In this document: piece by piece, positions 22,862 through 36,740 of the stretch
Numbering within the stretch: the stretch's first letter is position 1
Layout: every line of letters begins with the position of its first letter
Assembly (NCBI GenBank): GCA_026770705.1
Contig: JANJGN010000385.1
Location: 496,001-560,000, forward strand
DNA: 64,000 bases
From: Isurus oxyrinchus
Lineage: Eukaryota
Direction: 5' to 3'
Notes under the pieces: model-generated
What the model was told of the DNA's origin: nothing
What the model saw: the letters and a program-made list of their open reading frames with translations, nothing else
Database searches by the model: none
Program-made: the position numbers and the translations under genes

Positions 22862-25800
22862 TGTTGGATGCTGGTCACGAGTTTGTTGGGACTTATGGAT
22901 CCAGGCTTGTTTTGGAGAGGCTGAGTAGGTACAATAGACAGAGTAGATCAGCAGACAGTTCTTAGATGAAACACATTCTGCTTATTTACAAAGGAACTCA
23001 GCAGCTACACTTGTGTGCTTTCAACTCAAGCCCTGTCTCTGCATTACAGGCTCTAACCAAAGGTGACCGACTACTGAGGTACCTGCGCCACTCGGCTGTT
23101 GGACACTGATATAAGAGTTAAACAGGGACTTCTATTAGTGAAAACCAAAGGTCAGCAGAATTCTCCAGGTGAACCTTGTGCACCATGGGGCTGACATCAG
23201 CAGAACTCTCCAGAAAGGCCTTGAAGATCACGAGGGATTAACTCGAGAAGAGACATAAAGAGATGCTGAGGGTAAACAGATAAGGTAAAGGCAAACGGCA
23301 CCAGGCTAGAACGAGATAAACAGTTCTTGCTTGGGTAAGGAGCAGATATGTACCTGGGACTGGGAACATATGCTTATTATGTGATTATGTACTGACAAGA
23401 TTTGAATTTAAATAACCCAATGTGTACGTGACTAACTCTGTGAACAAAAAAGATGGTTTCCCTGTAATGGGTAGAGTTCTGTTTTTAGCCAGGCCTGAGG
23501 TTGATTCTGAGAACACACCACAACACTGAGCTCATGTTATCTTCCATTGTAACCTTCTTCTTAAAGGTACATCACACATCAGATTACCACCACCCTCCCC
23601 CTTTACTCAGAAACACATTTTACACTTACTTTTACCATTTTCTCAAAGTATCAGATGATTTACACAGATCAGTAATTTACAAATTCAGTCTTTCTGGGGG
23701 GTTTCCTTATGCGTCTGGAACGTCTCAGATCCACAGCTTCAGATGCTTTGTCAGGAGTCTCCTTTTCTGATGTTGTCCCAACACCAGCTTCTTCGGTGGA
23801 CACCTGCAAACCTGTTTCCTCAACTCTTGCAGGTCCAACGGACCCTTCAGACACATCTGTTCTCAGCTGAGTTCTTTCAACAGGAGACATAGACGCAGCC
23901 GTGAAGACTGGTGGGGTTGTTTCTTGGTACTTTGTTTCTCTCCTCCTTATATGACCCACATGTCTCCATATGACTCGGTCTTCCACTTTCACATGGTGAG
24001 AAAGAGTTCCAATCGCTGCATTTATTTCACCCGGTGACCACTTTGGCCGTTCTCTAAAATCCTTCACATATACCGTCTCTCCTACGGTCAGCTTCCTGTC
24101 ATGGCTATGCCAGTCATGTCCAGTTTCCTGTCTTCCTGGACTCCTTTCCACCTTCCCGCTGACATTTAGCATGACTGATGTTGCAAATGTGACGTGAGAA
24201 AAAACTTTTTCACACAACTGAGTTTTGGGCCTGGAATGCACGGCCTGGAAGTGTTGTGGAGGCAGGTTCAATCGAGGCATTCAGGAGGGCATTAGATGGT
24301 TATTTGGATAGAGAAAAGGTGCAGGGGCATGGGGAAAGGCAGGGCAATGACACTAGGTCATGATGCTCATTTGGAGAGCTGGGACAGACACGATGGGCTG
24401 AATGGCCTCCTGCTGTGCCATTAAGACTCTGTGATCCTGCAGAGGAGACTCTGAAAGGCAAACTGGTTTATTGATACAACCCTTTGTGTGTATTAATTGT
24501 GACAAACTTCTGGGAGGCCTTCTCGAACTCCAATTGTTGATAAGCATGGCTCATATCAGCTCCGTGTAGGCCGTTCCAGTCAATTCTTGTCATCTCCACA
24601 AATTCAAACACTTTGGCCAGGCTCAGGTCCAGGGACTATTGGTGCTGCCCATTCTGAGGGCAGCACAGATTGTATCACTCCCAGTTTCTAGAACCTGCCC
24701 AATTCAGCATCTGCCTTTTCCCACATTGCATAAGGTACTCGTCGTGCCTTCATAAATCAGAGGGGTAGAGTCTGGATCCACATGAATTTTTGCTTGCAGC
24801 CCCTGGATCTCCCCGAGTTCATCTTGGAAAACTGAGATGTATTTTTGTAGTAGCTCAGGTAGCCCACTGGCTCTCAGTTGGAAGATCTCAGACCAATCCA
24901 GTTTAATATCTTTCAGCCAGTTTCGTCCAAGGAGGCTTGGTCCCTCACCAGCTCCCATCATCAAGGGTCATTTTACTGATTGACTTCCATACTGTATAAC
25001 AACCCTGCTTATGTCTTTGGCTTGAATGTCTTCTCCCGTGTGAGTTTTCAATTAGTCATCTGTTTCTTCCAAATTTAATTGACTTTCCCCATGATTCCAG
25101 TATTTGAAAGTATGCTCCCCAATTAGCGTAATGTTAGCTCCTGTGTCCACCCCCATTCTGAGAGCTCTATCATTCACCCTCACTGTTACATAGATTGGCT
25201 CTGTTCTTCCTACCTTTAAATTATACAATGAATAACTATCTGAATCTGTTACTTCAGGCTCTTCTATGTTATGGATCTCACAGGGTTTTCTCTCTTGGTT
25301 GAAACTCTGCCTGATTCTATCCTTGCAATCTCTCATGGGCTCTCTGTTTCGATGACAGTAAAAACAATTGATTTTTTTAAAGTTCCATTCACTACGAGGT
25401 TGTCTGCTTCACCTCTGTTCACATTATTCCATGTTTTCTCTGCTAAGTCATTCCTTTTTATTTGCTGCTAGTGGTGGAGGTTTCCCGTTTCTCATCAGAG
25501 CTGTACATTTTCCCGCACTTCTTGGCTGAGGCTCCTCACCCAACATGAGGACGGTGACATTTTGCACTATCCATATGTTTTTCGAGTCCCTCACTGCTCT
25601 TTCCATAGCCAGCACTATTCCCAGCACCTTCTGAATATCCAAATCTGTTTCAGACAGTAATCTCTTCTGAATCGCATCTTCATTTATACTGCACACCAGT
25701 TGATCTCTCAGCATATTATTTATAGATTTACCAAACTCACAATGTCCTATTAACTCTTTCAGACTTTCCACATAACATGCAGCTGCCTCCCCTGGGACTC

Positions 25801-26226
25801 TATTTCTTGAGTTAAATTTGGACCGTTGCATCGTTACCGAGGGCTGGGGCTGGGAAGGAATCTTCACAAGGTTCACTATATCATCTAAACTTTTTGAATC
25901 CATGGCACCGGGTGACATTAAAGTTCGCATCAATCCCTAAATCTTACTCCCACACGTGGATAAGAGGGTCGCTCGCCTCTACTCCTCCCCATCAATGTCA
26001 TTCACTTGGAAAAAGAACGCGAGGAGTTCACCATAATGAGACCAATCGCCCACCGTTGGGTCGAAAGGATCAACTCTTCCAAACTGCAGCATTCTTCGAG
26101 GGGACTGCTTCGGTTATTAGGATGGAAATTATATTTATAATCGTTGCGTGAGGCACAGCCGGATTTCGGTTCCCTTGCTCTCATTCCTTGCTTTTTCTTC
26201 CTTGTTATTCACCTCATCGCCAGTTT
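22862..26226 (-). mobile_element. Decayed Gypsy (Mag/K02A2.6-like) LTR retrotransposon lacking its 5' LTR
   Basis: gag (MLRDQLVCSI), protease (VDTGA..GPSLLGRNW) and integrase C-terminus; PBS TGGCGATGAG at ~26222-26212; PPT at ~23590-23605; LTR at ~22862-23589. Confidence 0.85.
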
Positions 26227-26254
26227 ATTCAACCCTTGTCACTACTTTAGTTTG

Positions 26255-26560
26255 CACTCCCTCGGTACTGAGCCTGCGACAGTGCAGCATTCCCTGGGTA
26301 CGGACCCTCCGACTGTGCAGTGGTCCCTTAGTCATGAGCCCCTGATAGTGCAGCAGCCCCTAAGTACTGATGCTCGAAAAGTGTAGCGCTCCCTCAGCAT
26401 TGACCATCTGACAGTGCAGCACTCCTTCAGCACTGGCACACCCAGAGTGCAACACTCGCAGTACAGACCCTCCGACAGTGCAGCACTAAGTCAGTGCTGA
26501 CCGTCCAACAGTGCAGCACTCCCTCAGCACTGACCCTCCGACTGTGCAGGACTCTCAGTC
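26255..26560. repeat. 33-bp minisatellite (opposite orientation, degenerate)
   Basis: gcagcactccctcagcactgaccctccgacagt copies upstream of the unit D promoter. Confidence 0.85.
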
Positions 26561-26774
26561 CTGACACCGAGTGCCGGTCTGAATTTTGCCAAATGAATTT
26601 CGAACTGACGACCTTCTCACTCAGAGAGAGAGAGGGTTCGAAATCCAGTGACACACAGGAGAAATTCCTGGTCAATGACTTTCCACTTTTGAGCAGAAAT
26701 ATCATCACAAGTCCAGAACGCCAAGGGTTAACAGCTTCAAAAAACTCAAAACACGAGCTGTTCTGTCACTTTGA

Positions 26775-26918
26775 TCCAACTTCCTCATTTTGTCTCACAG
26801 AGACACATCAACCCTTTCTCATTAAATACACAGAGGGAGCAGCACAGGAAGAGGTCATTCAGCCCAGGCAGAGCGTGTGGGCAGTTCCTCCCCAGGCGAG
26901 CAGTCGGACAGGTCCTGG
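26775..26918 (+). promoter_or_regulatory. Unit D promoter / non-coding first exon
   Basis: ACTTCCTCATTTT (PU.1-like) at ~26779-26791, ATTAAATA at 26821-26828, donor GG|GTAAGT at 26919. Confidence 0.55.
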
Positions 26919-27368
26919 GTAAGTAATGGAACGATTGGAATTCACTTCCACGACCAACACAGTCCTTTGTTGATGTTGTGACTTTATAAAGACAAATTCC
27001 AATGATTGATGCCTTTGAAAGATTTCTACTGATTATTGAGATCTGGGTGTGAGGCTCAAGTCTGTTGTACAGAACATCTTTCTAGCTCAAGGGATGAGGG
27101 AAGTGCAGGGACATGAGCTTTGGGACATCCTGAGGTGCTGAAATACGATATAGAAATGCAAGTCCTTCATTGATTTATTTTTTTAAAGCTTTTTAACTCT
27201 CTGCAGAGCACCTATCATCCCACAGAGAACCAAATTAGTCTGTGTAGACAATGTGTAAAAGCAGTTCTGATCTCTCGAGAGCTGTCGGACAAGAGGTGAG
27301 GTCTCATTAACTCCTTTCTCTTTCACAGTTTGAGAGTCAGAAGCTAAAGGAATATCTGGGAGTGGACA

Positions 27369-27408
27369 ATGATCGGGAAATCCTACTTCCTCCTGTCACT
27401 TCTCCAAG
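27369..27408 (+). CDS. Unit D leader exon
   Basis: ATG 27369, MIGKSYFLLSLLQ-G|GTAA, phase 1, intact. Confidence 0.87.
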
Positions 27409-28449
27409 GTAATATCATCGTCAACTTGGACAGACTTATGGCTAATAGTCTTTGTAAAAGATCATTCTTATTGAGCTGTGATAGGGAACTGATTCAGCAG
27501 TGAGCCAGTGTACAAACTCACACCAAGTCCCATTCACCCATCACCCCTGTGCTCACTGATATACACTGACTCCCTGTCTGACAGCAGAACTGCAGGACAG
27601 CAGAGACCTCAAAGGGTTTCAGGGCTGGAGGAGGTGACAGTGATAGGGAGTGGAGAGGGAGGATGGAGGGATAAGGAATCAATGAAGAGATTTTGAAAAT
27701 TGAGTCATTGCTGGACTGGGAGCCAGTGTAGGTCAGCGAGTGACAGGGGAGCGATCGGCTGAATAGAGAAGCAGGGATAAAAACTGGGGGATGAAGTCTA
27801 TCCTGATGCAAGCACTCCGATATCAATGCCCTGAAATGTTTCTCTCTTGCTGATTTTCATCAGAATTTCCCATGAAGACAACACAGAAGCTCTTAGATTA
27901 GACAGGCAGTTCAGCGTCACACTTCCTGTCCATTCTCACCATGCTAGAAAATTCGATAAGATAGCAAGATAACTGATAGAGAGAAGGGAGGCAAAGCTGT
28001 CTGTATGTAAAACTGTCAAATATTCTGAGTTATCATGATTGTTTCTGATCTGCTGCAGAGTTTATATTTCATTGAAACTTATCACTTTGCAGCTCAGAGA
28101 GAGACCATTGACTCACTGCCTGAAAGGGCGGTGGAAGCAGATTCAACAGGAACTTTCAGAAGGGGAACTGGATAAATACTTGAAGGGGAAATTTTGCAGG
28201 GTTGTGGAGGAAAGAGCAGAGGTGAGAGTGGGAATAATAGGACAGATCTTTCAGCGGCCCAGCACAGGCTCGATGGGCCAAATGTCTTCCTTCTGTTCCG
28301 GATCATTCTACAATCCGATAAATTAAGTCCCTTTTCAATAACTCTCCAGGCTCCTGCTGCAGGAATGGATCTTTCAGAAGGGCAGGGAGCAAGCGGTTTC
28401 TCATATCATGTTCATATTTATTGACAATTACATAAGTGCATGGAACTGT

Positions 28450-31400
28450 TGAATATTTGAGTCTCTAAAGTGTGGATTTAACCTTCTGGTACACCCAGAT
28501 CTTGTGCTGGTTACCTTGTCTGGAGGTGTCTTTAACTGCTCACAGTGATCTGTGGGATTGTCACCCTTGGATGTTGTTCCTGATTTCATGTGGGATCTTC
28601 TCCTCGATGGAATAGGAGCGGGAATGGATCTGATTTATCCTCAGTTCCGCCTCACCGCTGTGCCCTTGTGTGTTTGACTCCATAGGCCCTTGGTTCTGAA
28701 CAAATCCTTGTCACCTCGGCTGGTGATCATGAACCTTCTGTGGGATCCTGGATGTGAACTTGTCCCAACTGTAAACTTGGCAACTGTGCACCTCCATTTT
28801 TATCATGAACATTCCTTATCTTCTCTTGTAGTTTTAAAAGTTGCCCTCTGGTTTCTGAGAGAGTAGAATGGGTAAGAATAGCGAAATTGGTCACTACTGG
28901 CCCACCAAACATGATCTCTGTCAGTGATGCAATAAGGTGAGGTGATGGTGTAGTGGTATTGTTGCTGGACGAGTAATTCAGAGACCCAGGGTAATGTCCT
29001 GAAAATATGAGTTCAAATCCTGTCATAATAGATAATGGAATTTGAATTTAATAAAAAGATGAAATTCAAAGTCTAGTGATGACCACAAAACCATTGTTGG
29101 AAATCCCACCTGGTTCACCAGTGCCCTTTAGGGAACAAAATTGCCTGGCCGACATGTGACTCCAGACTCCACGTCAATGTGGTTGACTCTTACATTAGGG
29201 ATGGGTAATAAATCCTGGCCTGACCAGTGACTCCCACATCCCATGAATGAATTTAACAAAGTTGCAGTTGTAGGTGTTGATCTCAGATGTAACATTGCAA
29301 TGTGTGGATCTTGCTTGGTCTGTCTACATTTGAGAATTAGGGATTTCACTGGTGTGAATCATTCATTCAGCTAGGCCGTTAGATCTGGGGTAATGAGGAG
29401 AAGAAGTTGTGTGATTGATATTCCAGATTATATGTACTCATGTCCCTAGGCTCACCAAATAAACTGAAAATAGTGCTTAGAATGTGTGCACCAGTAGTGC
29501 TCGGTGTGTTGTGTTATTTTTGAATAACGGGATATCTGGTAAAGCTGTCGACGATGACGATGAAGTCAGTGACATGGACATGAAAGGATTCAGATGTGAA
29601 TTTGGACTAAGAATAGGCAGGAATTTCCTGTGGAATCAGTGGTTCTTTGTGTTGACTTGGCTCATCCTCTTGACAAGCCTCGAACTTCCCTACAACGACT
29701 TCAAGGTCATTGTTCATACCCGGCCAGTGACTGTATCTCTTGTGAGTCTCCCTGTCTGATCTGTGCCCATGTGTGAGGGATGAAGTTGTTGAAGAATATA
29801 TCATCACAAAGGTTCCGGTATGATGCGATGCCTGCCATTAAAAATGACTCCCTGGGAGATGCCTCACTTATCCTGATGACGTCAAGTTGAATCAGCCACC
29901 CTTTCAATGATATTTCCACAGTTCCTGTAGAATTTTTCACTGTTCCCTCTTGTAGCTGCTGGCATTTCTGTTGTGCTAAATGTACTGGATCAATTGACAG
30001 ACTTGCATTCTCCTGCAGGTGTAATGTTGCAGCTCCCTTGAAACTACAAATACTGTTGAAACTTTCTGCATATTTCAATGTTATGTCCATGAACTGAGTT
30101 GATGGGGTAGTTTCTGAGGTTGACCCATGTCAGGTCTGACAGATTCCATGGATAGTCACTAGTGTGAGGTCACCGCATGCCGGTAGACTTGCAATTGCTC
30201 AGCCTTTAGTCTCCACAATGTAGAACATCTGTGACACCCAGGAGGATTGATTGTACTTGCACCCCAGGACTATGTATTCCGCACATGGAGTTGGTGAAGT
30301 GTTGTACACAGCAGTAGGTTTCCCCATGGACTTCCATGTCCTTGGATATATGTCTTTGAAAATTTGCTGGGGTGGGCTGGGGGAGGGGAATGTTGGCACT
30401 TGCCCTTGTGTCACTCTTGGCCAATAAAGGGGAGGTAGCCACTTTCTCAGGGCAGATAATTGGAATCTTGGCCAATAGTGCGGGTGATGTGACAGCATCT
30501 GTTCTCCGTGAGATCGATGGTGTAAAAGGTGTGAAATTGTTCAACAATTGCACAAAACGTTGAGCACAAATGTTGCACAAACTCTAGGCCGGGGTTTTCC
30601 GGCCCGGTCATGGTGGGACCTGCCTTGGGAGATTGGGACAAATATAAATCCATTGGCTTTCGGCCGGACCGGACAATCCTGGCAGTGGGTGGGGCCAGAA
30701 AATCCTACCACTATGGGACATTTTCAGTTTATTTGATGTGCCCAGAGAGATCACTAAGGACAACAATCCACAATTTATTGACAAGCCACGACAGGATATG
30801 TGTGAGAGGTGGAATATCGATCACCGCACCTCGTCTCGCCGTGCACATCATCGCCATTTCCTGGTTTGTCAGTCACCACATGTATATGTTCCTGATGGGA
30901 TAGCGGATGGTCATTCTTATTGATTGAAGGTTCCCCGTTGTGTAGGGTCTGTTTGGATCAGCGCACGGCTCTTTGCAGCTGCATCAGCCTTTGCTCTAGT
31001 GCTCTGCCGCTGTCACTGGCCCTTTCTGCCACAAGCCTTGCAGGATTGGTGGAAAGCTGGGCATTTCCTTGGTGCCTGCAGAAGGCCACACCTTCCACAC
31101 GTCTCACTAGGTTTGGATGTTCTAGTGAGTGTGTCAACAATTGATGTTGTACTGAGGACCTGTAAGCTTCGTTGACCTGCGAGGATCACTTCGTATTTAT
31201 GTCCATCCTTGAGTAGCTCTTCAATGCTATAGGTTTTGGTCTTATCTAGCAGATCTTTCTGGAAGGCTTCCATGGGAGTGGATGCGATCACCAACTCAAC
31301 AACTGTGTCTGCAGGCTCTGTGTTTGAAATCACAGTGCGTACCCTTTTCTCTACATCGGCTGATGAAGTGGTCTATGGATTGTGTAGGCTGATGAAATGA

Positions 31401-33807
31401 CATAAACTCTAGTTGATGAATATGGAGTTTCACCTGATTCTGAACCTGTCTTCCAATATCGTCCATATCTATTGGGGATCCTTTCGCTCTTCTGCTGTTA
31501 ATCCTGACGTGTTCAGCCTGTGTAGACCTTCATTCCCAATCACGAGGTGAATTTTTATGGCTTGTTCGTCTGGTTCAGTCACACCTGAATCAGGAAACCA
31601 GAGCTCTGTACGCTGTTTAAACATTCTGAATTCAGATAGTCGGTCAGCTACATCCCAGTTCAAACTGGGGAATTTCATGGACATTCTGACAATATTCCTT
31701 TGACCTTCCTTCTCCTACAGGACCTGGGATGAGTGTCGCTTTAGCCCCTTTCGTGCGCTTTTCCGAAGCTCCGCCCACGAAGATGGGTTGTGGCAGGAAC
31801 ACACCACGGAGTAATGGAGTCTTTGTTTTTTATTCAATTTGCTGTTCAGCAATCTCGAAGCCGCCCGTTATAATCACTAACTTCTCTGGGCTGATTTTTA
31901 TAATGGTTTTTGTGTGTTTGACTCTCCCTCGCTCACTATCGATCCAGCCCACACCCGGGTCCCTCGCCTTCCCTGACTGAGCTAACCCGCTGCTGGTCCT
32001 GGCGATACACACTGTCCCACTCACTGACCTACAGGCCGTGTGCTGTAATCTCACCACGAGGGATCCGTCTGCTCCCCAGCTCATTACTTGAGCTCTTTCC
32101 CGTCACTGTGTCTTCAAAGGTTTCCTGAGCAGTCAGTACACTGCGATTTCAACCCTCTCTGATGCTGTGTCTCTGTTGTGGTCTGACCAAAGCGTCGAGG
32201 GTCGTCTCATGTCATGTAGCTCGATCTCAGGCTGTTCACCATGTCATACCTGTACTGAATCTTGCGGCCAGAATGTTTGGCCACCGCTGATCACCATGTT
32301 GTGTTTTTATAATGATATAAAGGCACCAGCCACTGATACGGAATTGGGTAAATACATTGTGGGTTCAGTTATTTAGAATGGGGACATGAGAACAGATATA
32401 CAAGGATAGAAAGCTGGGAGACACCTGCAGCCAAACTGTGTGAGCTGTGTTCTGCTCACAGGCCAAAGTGAAACTTGGACTGGATGGTGTTATCATCCCA
32501 GCTGATGTTACTACTGGGCAAGTCAGATCCCAGGGTGGAACTCAGCTTGATAGGTCCTAACTTTTATTTTTTATTTAGGAATGTGGAGTGCTGCTACTGA
32601 ACAGAGTCACAGGAGTCATCTGATGACCTTCTAACAAAAGAATAAAACATTTATTAAACTAGGAAAGACAAACTATATTACATTACTCCTTCACCCAGAC
32701 CTACACCTTTACAGATTCATAAGTAGAATACAAGTTACAATAACTATCTTATACTCTCATGTTCACACTAAGTACACAGTTCATGCAAACCAATAGACGA
32801 CCTGGTGTCAGGGACACCACATTCTGTAACCAAGTGATAGACCCCAATTGGAACAAATGCTATGGGTTTCAGCTCAACTGACTCCAGACACTTGTTTCAC
32901 CATGAGGCAACTGGTCTTACAAAACTGTATCTTTCACATGAGAGTTTCCAATCTCTACTCGTCAAGTGCTCTCTTTGGAATCTTCTCTAACATGACACTT
33001 TCACTCAGAGACCTTCCACACGGGTCCACTTCCATGATTTCAAACTCTCCTTCCCATGTTCCTGCCCCCTGGATCGCCACATGCATTCAGCCTTCCTTCT
33101 ACGCGTTGTCTTTCCAATGCTCAGTCATGCCAATGGAACACCATGGCTTCACATGGTCATAGTAAGAAGACATCAACATTTAGCTGTCTCCTATGATCTT
33201 CTGGCTTCTAATCAGCCTTTTTTGCTTTAGGTCTGTGTCCTTTTGCTTTTTCTCTTTTAGCTTGGATCCCTCCTCTGCTCCTCAATCTTATCTCGACTTA
33301 ACAGGACCTTTTTCAGATTCCTGATCTTCTTTGGAGTAGAAGGTCTTCTTGGCTCTTTCTCCTGTTCCACTCGATAGTTTTGGCTTCTTCTTTACTTTGG
33401 GACTGACTATCTGTCCCGCTCCTATGCTGCTTCTCCTGGCAACTCCTTTCAACCAAACTGAAAGCACATTTCTGTTTTTCTCTGTCTCTATGGGTCCGTC
33501 CCTCTGGATCACTGTTGCTTAGCAATAGCACAGTTTCTTACACCTTGTGTTTGTTTTGACTTTCCTTCAAGAGACATCAAACCCCATTAGATTGCTAAAC
33601 GAAAATGAAACCAAAACTGAAGTTTCCCCCTTTCTTAACACACAAATACAGAAATCAAACTAAACTTGAACTTAAACATATACCTTATCCCTAACACACA
33701 CAAATACACATAGAACTTACTTAAGCTATACCCAATTCCTAAAATCACATGACACACTTCCCCTCGAGTGATGTCATGCTGCTGTCCCTGAAAGGCATAT
33801 TACAACA
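28450..33807 (-). mobile_element. Decayed Gypsy LTR retrotransposon with nested insertions in the unit D leader-V1 intron
   Basis: gag (FRMFKQRTELWF, Zn-knuckle CGRCG..CPA..CKACG) and integrase zinc-finger pieces (WPGM..C); PBS at ~32290; LTR interrupted by a further LTR-like insert at ~32505-33754. Confidence 0.75.
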
Positions 33808-33869
33808 GTGTTATCACTTGGCAGGTGATGTGTGCCAGGCAGACCAAGTCCCTGAGAGAAAGATGGTCA

Positions 33870-34734
33870 CATGATCATAATGATTTTGCAATTTGTATTT
33901 ATTATGAGATGTGTGCACTGAATTCAGAAGCAATAATTACATAAAGACCTTTAGCGATTTGAAAATTAAATTAAAATACTTGCTCTCAAAATAAATGATT
34001 TGAAGCACATACATAACTCTACAATTACCACTATAATAATTCTTAAAATTCTGAATTAAACTGACTCCCAGTTACACTCCCTTTAAGGCAACGGTCCAAA
34101 AATAGACTTTATATTTAAAACAAACCCAGCAAGTTAACACAATATAAAAGCAATACCCTGCACAGAGGAATTCCAAGTGGCTTTTCCCCAACTTCAGTTC
34201 TGTTGGATAGCAGGCTTGTGCACAAATGCTAGAGGTTTCATTAAGACTATATCACACACTCGTGTTAGATCTTACATGGCATTCTGACACATAGCCTTTC
34301 ATTCTCCCTGATAGATATATATTTCTCTCTTTGTAACATGAAAATTCTATTGTTCCATATGTTTTTGAAACTGTATATTCCACATAACAAACTCTTTCGT
34401 GGTGCCCATATTGCCAGGAGCCTTTGAGAAAAATAAACACATTCCTTAGTCTTGCTTATCTGGCTAGTTGTAAACAAGCTAAGATTCCTTTGAAATCCAA
34501 CAACCCCTTCATTGATAGAAAAATGCAAATTCTCTTCATACCTTCCATGCTAAGCAGCATCCATGTTTCCTCAATAGCATGTCAAGCACCTAGCTCCTTT
34601 TGATCATTTTAAACTTCCAATCTAATTAACTCCAAATGTACTTAAATCACATGCAGACCCATCATGCGTACCCCCATAAACCTACTTCACAATATACTAT
34701 AAAATATTATGAAAATTATTATACTTACATCACA
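33870..34734. mobile_element. Probable solo LTR
   Basis: AT-rich non-coding block ending ...tacatcaca, absent from paralogous introns. Confidence 0.45.
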
Positions 34735-35137
34735 ATAGGAACCACTGCCTTAGACACTGAGGATCTAGGACAGCTAGGCCAATTCATGATTCATGATGGT
34801 GATAATGGGGGAATTCTGAAGGCTCCTAATCCATTGTCCTACGTTGTAAATCAGCAGTGAACTCACTTCAATTAGTGTGTCTTGTAGACACTGTGTTGGG
34901 TGGCAGACTGACTTCACTAAATAGGTACCTGAGGGTCATGAGCCAATTTAGAATGAACTTGTCCACTCCTGTGTCCGGAATTCTCTTCAATCTGTTGTGA
35001 AACCTTGGGGCATTCATTGTGTGACCTGTGGATTATCCAGACTGCAGCCTGTGTGCCCCAGTGATGGAGGGGGTGAATATTGAGTCTAGTGGATTGAGAA
35101 AACATTCAGAGTTAAATATTGATATTTCTCTCCCTAG

Positions 35138-35512
35138 TTGGACTATCACAAGTGTGGAAAGGTGACACTCCAGGAGAGGTGACAGCGCAGGAAGGTTCGT
35201 GTGTACAGATTCCATGTAATTACAGTTATCCATCATATTTAGTAGCGAGATCACCAGTCGGAATCTGGTATATGAGAAGGAATTGGGAAAAATGGAATGA
35301 ACGGTCTATAGCCTTTCACTCCAAGGATCATAATCGCGAGTTACCACAGTTCCACCATCGGACCCAGTTGTCTGGAGACCTGAAAGATGGCGACTGTTCC
35401 CTGATTATAAACAACATCAGACGGGAAGATGCAGGATATTATTTATTCAGCCTAGAATTTGACAACAGGAATAGATACAACGACCGTCCTGAAACCCAGC
35501 TTCACGTTTCTG
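35138..35512 (+). CDS. Unit D V-set exon V1 (divergent, essential Arg absent)
   Basis: 375 nt, AG/GT intact and open; YLFSLE where paralogs have YFFRIE. Confidence 0.88.
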
Positions 35513-35769
35513 GTAAGTGCTGTGTTATAATTACTCAACAATTCACATCCAACACTCAATGGGAAATAATAGTGTTTGATTTGCTTGTTTTTTGGCCGTG
35601 TTAACCAGCGCCACTATTTTTAATGATTTGTCTATTTCTGCTCCCAGATCCATAAGCTTATTGTGTGTGATTGAATCCACATCATAGCTGTAACATAAAC
35701 CGAGCTGAGGGGTGATGACACCTCCCCCCTGAGTGAAGTATCTCCTCCCCACTACACCTTCTACCCCTC

Positions 35770-36740
35770 ACACTGTCCGTGTAAACCCCCGTCCCATCTC
35801 CAGCCTCTCTTTCCCCTCCAAAGTCCTGCAACCTGTTTCCATCTCCCGAATCTGTTCCCATCTTTCCCGGAACTCCATGTTTGAATCCCTCCAATCAGGT
35901 TCCCACCCCAGCCACTGTGCTGAAACAGCTCTTATCAAGGTCACAAATGGCATCCTGTGTGACTGTGACAAAGGTCAACTTTCCCTCCTCGTCCTTCTCG
36001 ATCTGTCTGCAGCCTTTGACACGCTCGACCACACCATCCTCCTCCAACACCTCTCCACTGTCGTCCAGCTGGGTGGGACTGCTCTCCCCTGGCTCCATTC
36101 TTATCCATCTCATCGTAGCCAGAGAATCACTTGCAATGGCTTTGCAGCATCATCTGAACAGTGTTAGTTTTCACCTGTCCACTGAGGATCCCCAGCTCTA
36201 CCTCACCACCACCTCTCTCGACTCCTCCACTGCTGCTAAATTATCAGGCTGCTTATCCGACATCCAGTACTGGATGGGCAGAAATTCCCTCCAATTAAAT
36301 ATTGGAAAGACTGAAGCCATTGTCTTCATTCCCCGCTCCAAACTCTGTTCCCTCGCTACCAACTCCATTCCTCTCCCTGGCAGCTCTCTGAGATTGAAGC
36401 CAATCTGTTCACAGCTTTGTTGTCCCATTTGATCCTGAGATGAGCTTCCGGCCTCCTATCTGCGCCCTCACTAACACCGTCTATTTCCACCTCCGCAACA
36501 TCGCACGACGTCACCCTGTCTCAGCTCATCTGCTGCTGAAACCCTCATCCACGCCTTCATTACCTCCAGTCTCGACTGTTCCAACACACGCTCTACACTC
36601 CATAAACTTGAGGCCATCCAAAACTGCTGACCACGTCCTTACTCACACCAAGTCCCGTTCCCTTATCACCCGCTCTGCTCGATGACCGAGACTGGCTCCT
36701 GGTCAAGCAAAATGTCAACGTCCAAATTTTCATCTTTGTT
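35770..36740 (+). mobile_element. L2/CR1-superclade LINE RT fragment
   Basis: QSG..H..ETALIKVTN..LVLLDLSAAFDTLDHTILL..LQLNIGKTEAIVF. Confidence 0.88.

Noticed and set aside
27296-27330. Micro-intron between GTGAGG and tttcacAG upstream of the leader
   Set aside because: About 33 nt is too short for a vertebrate intron; the 5' UTR exon structure is left unresolved.
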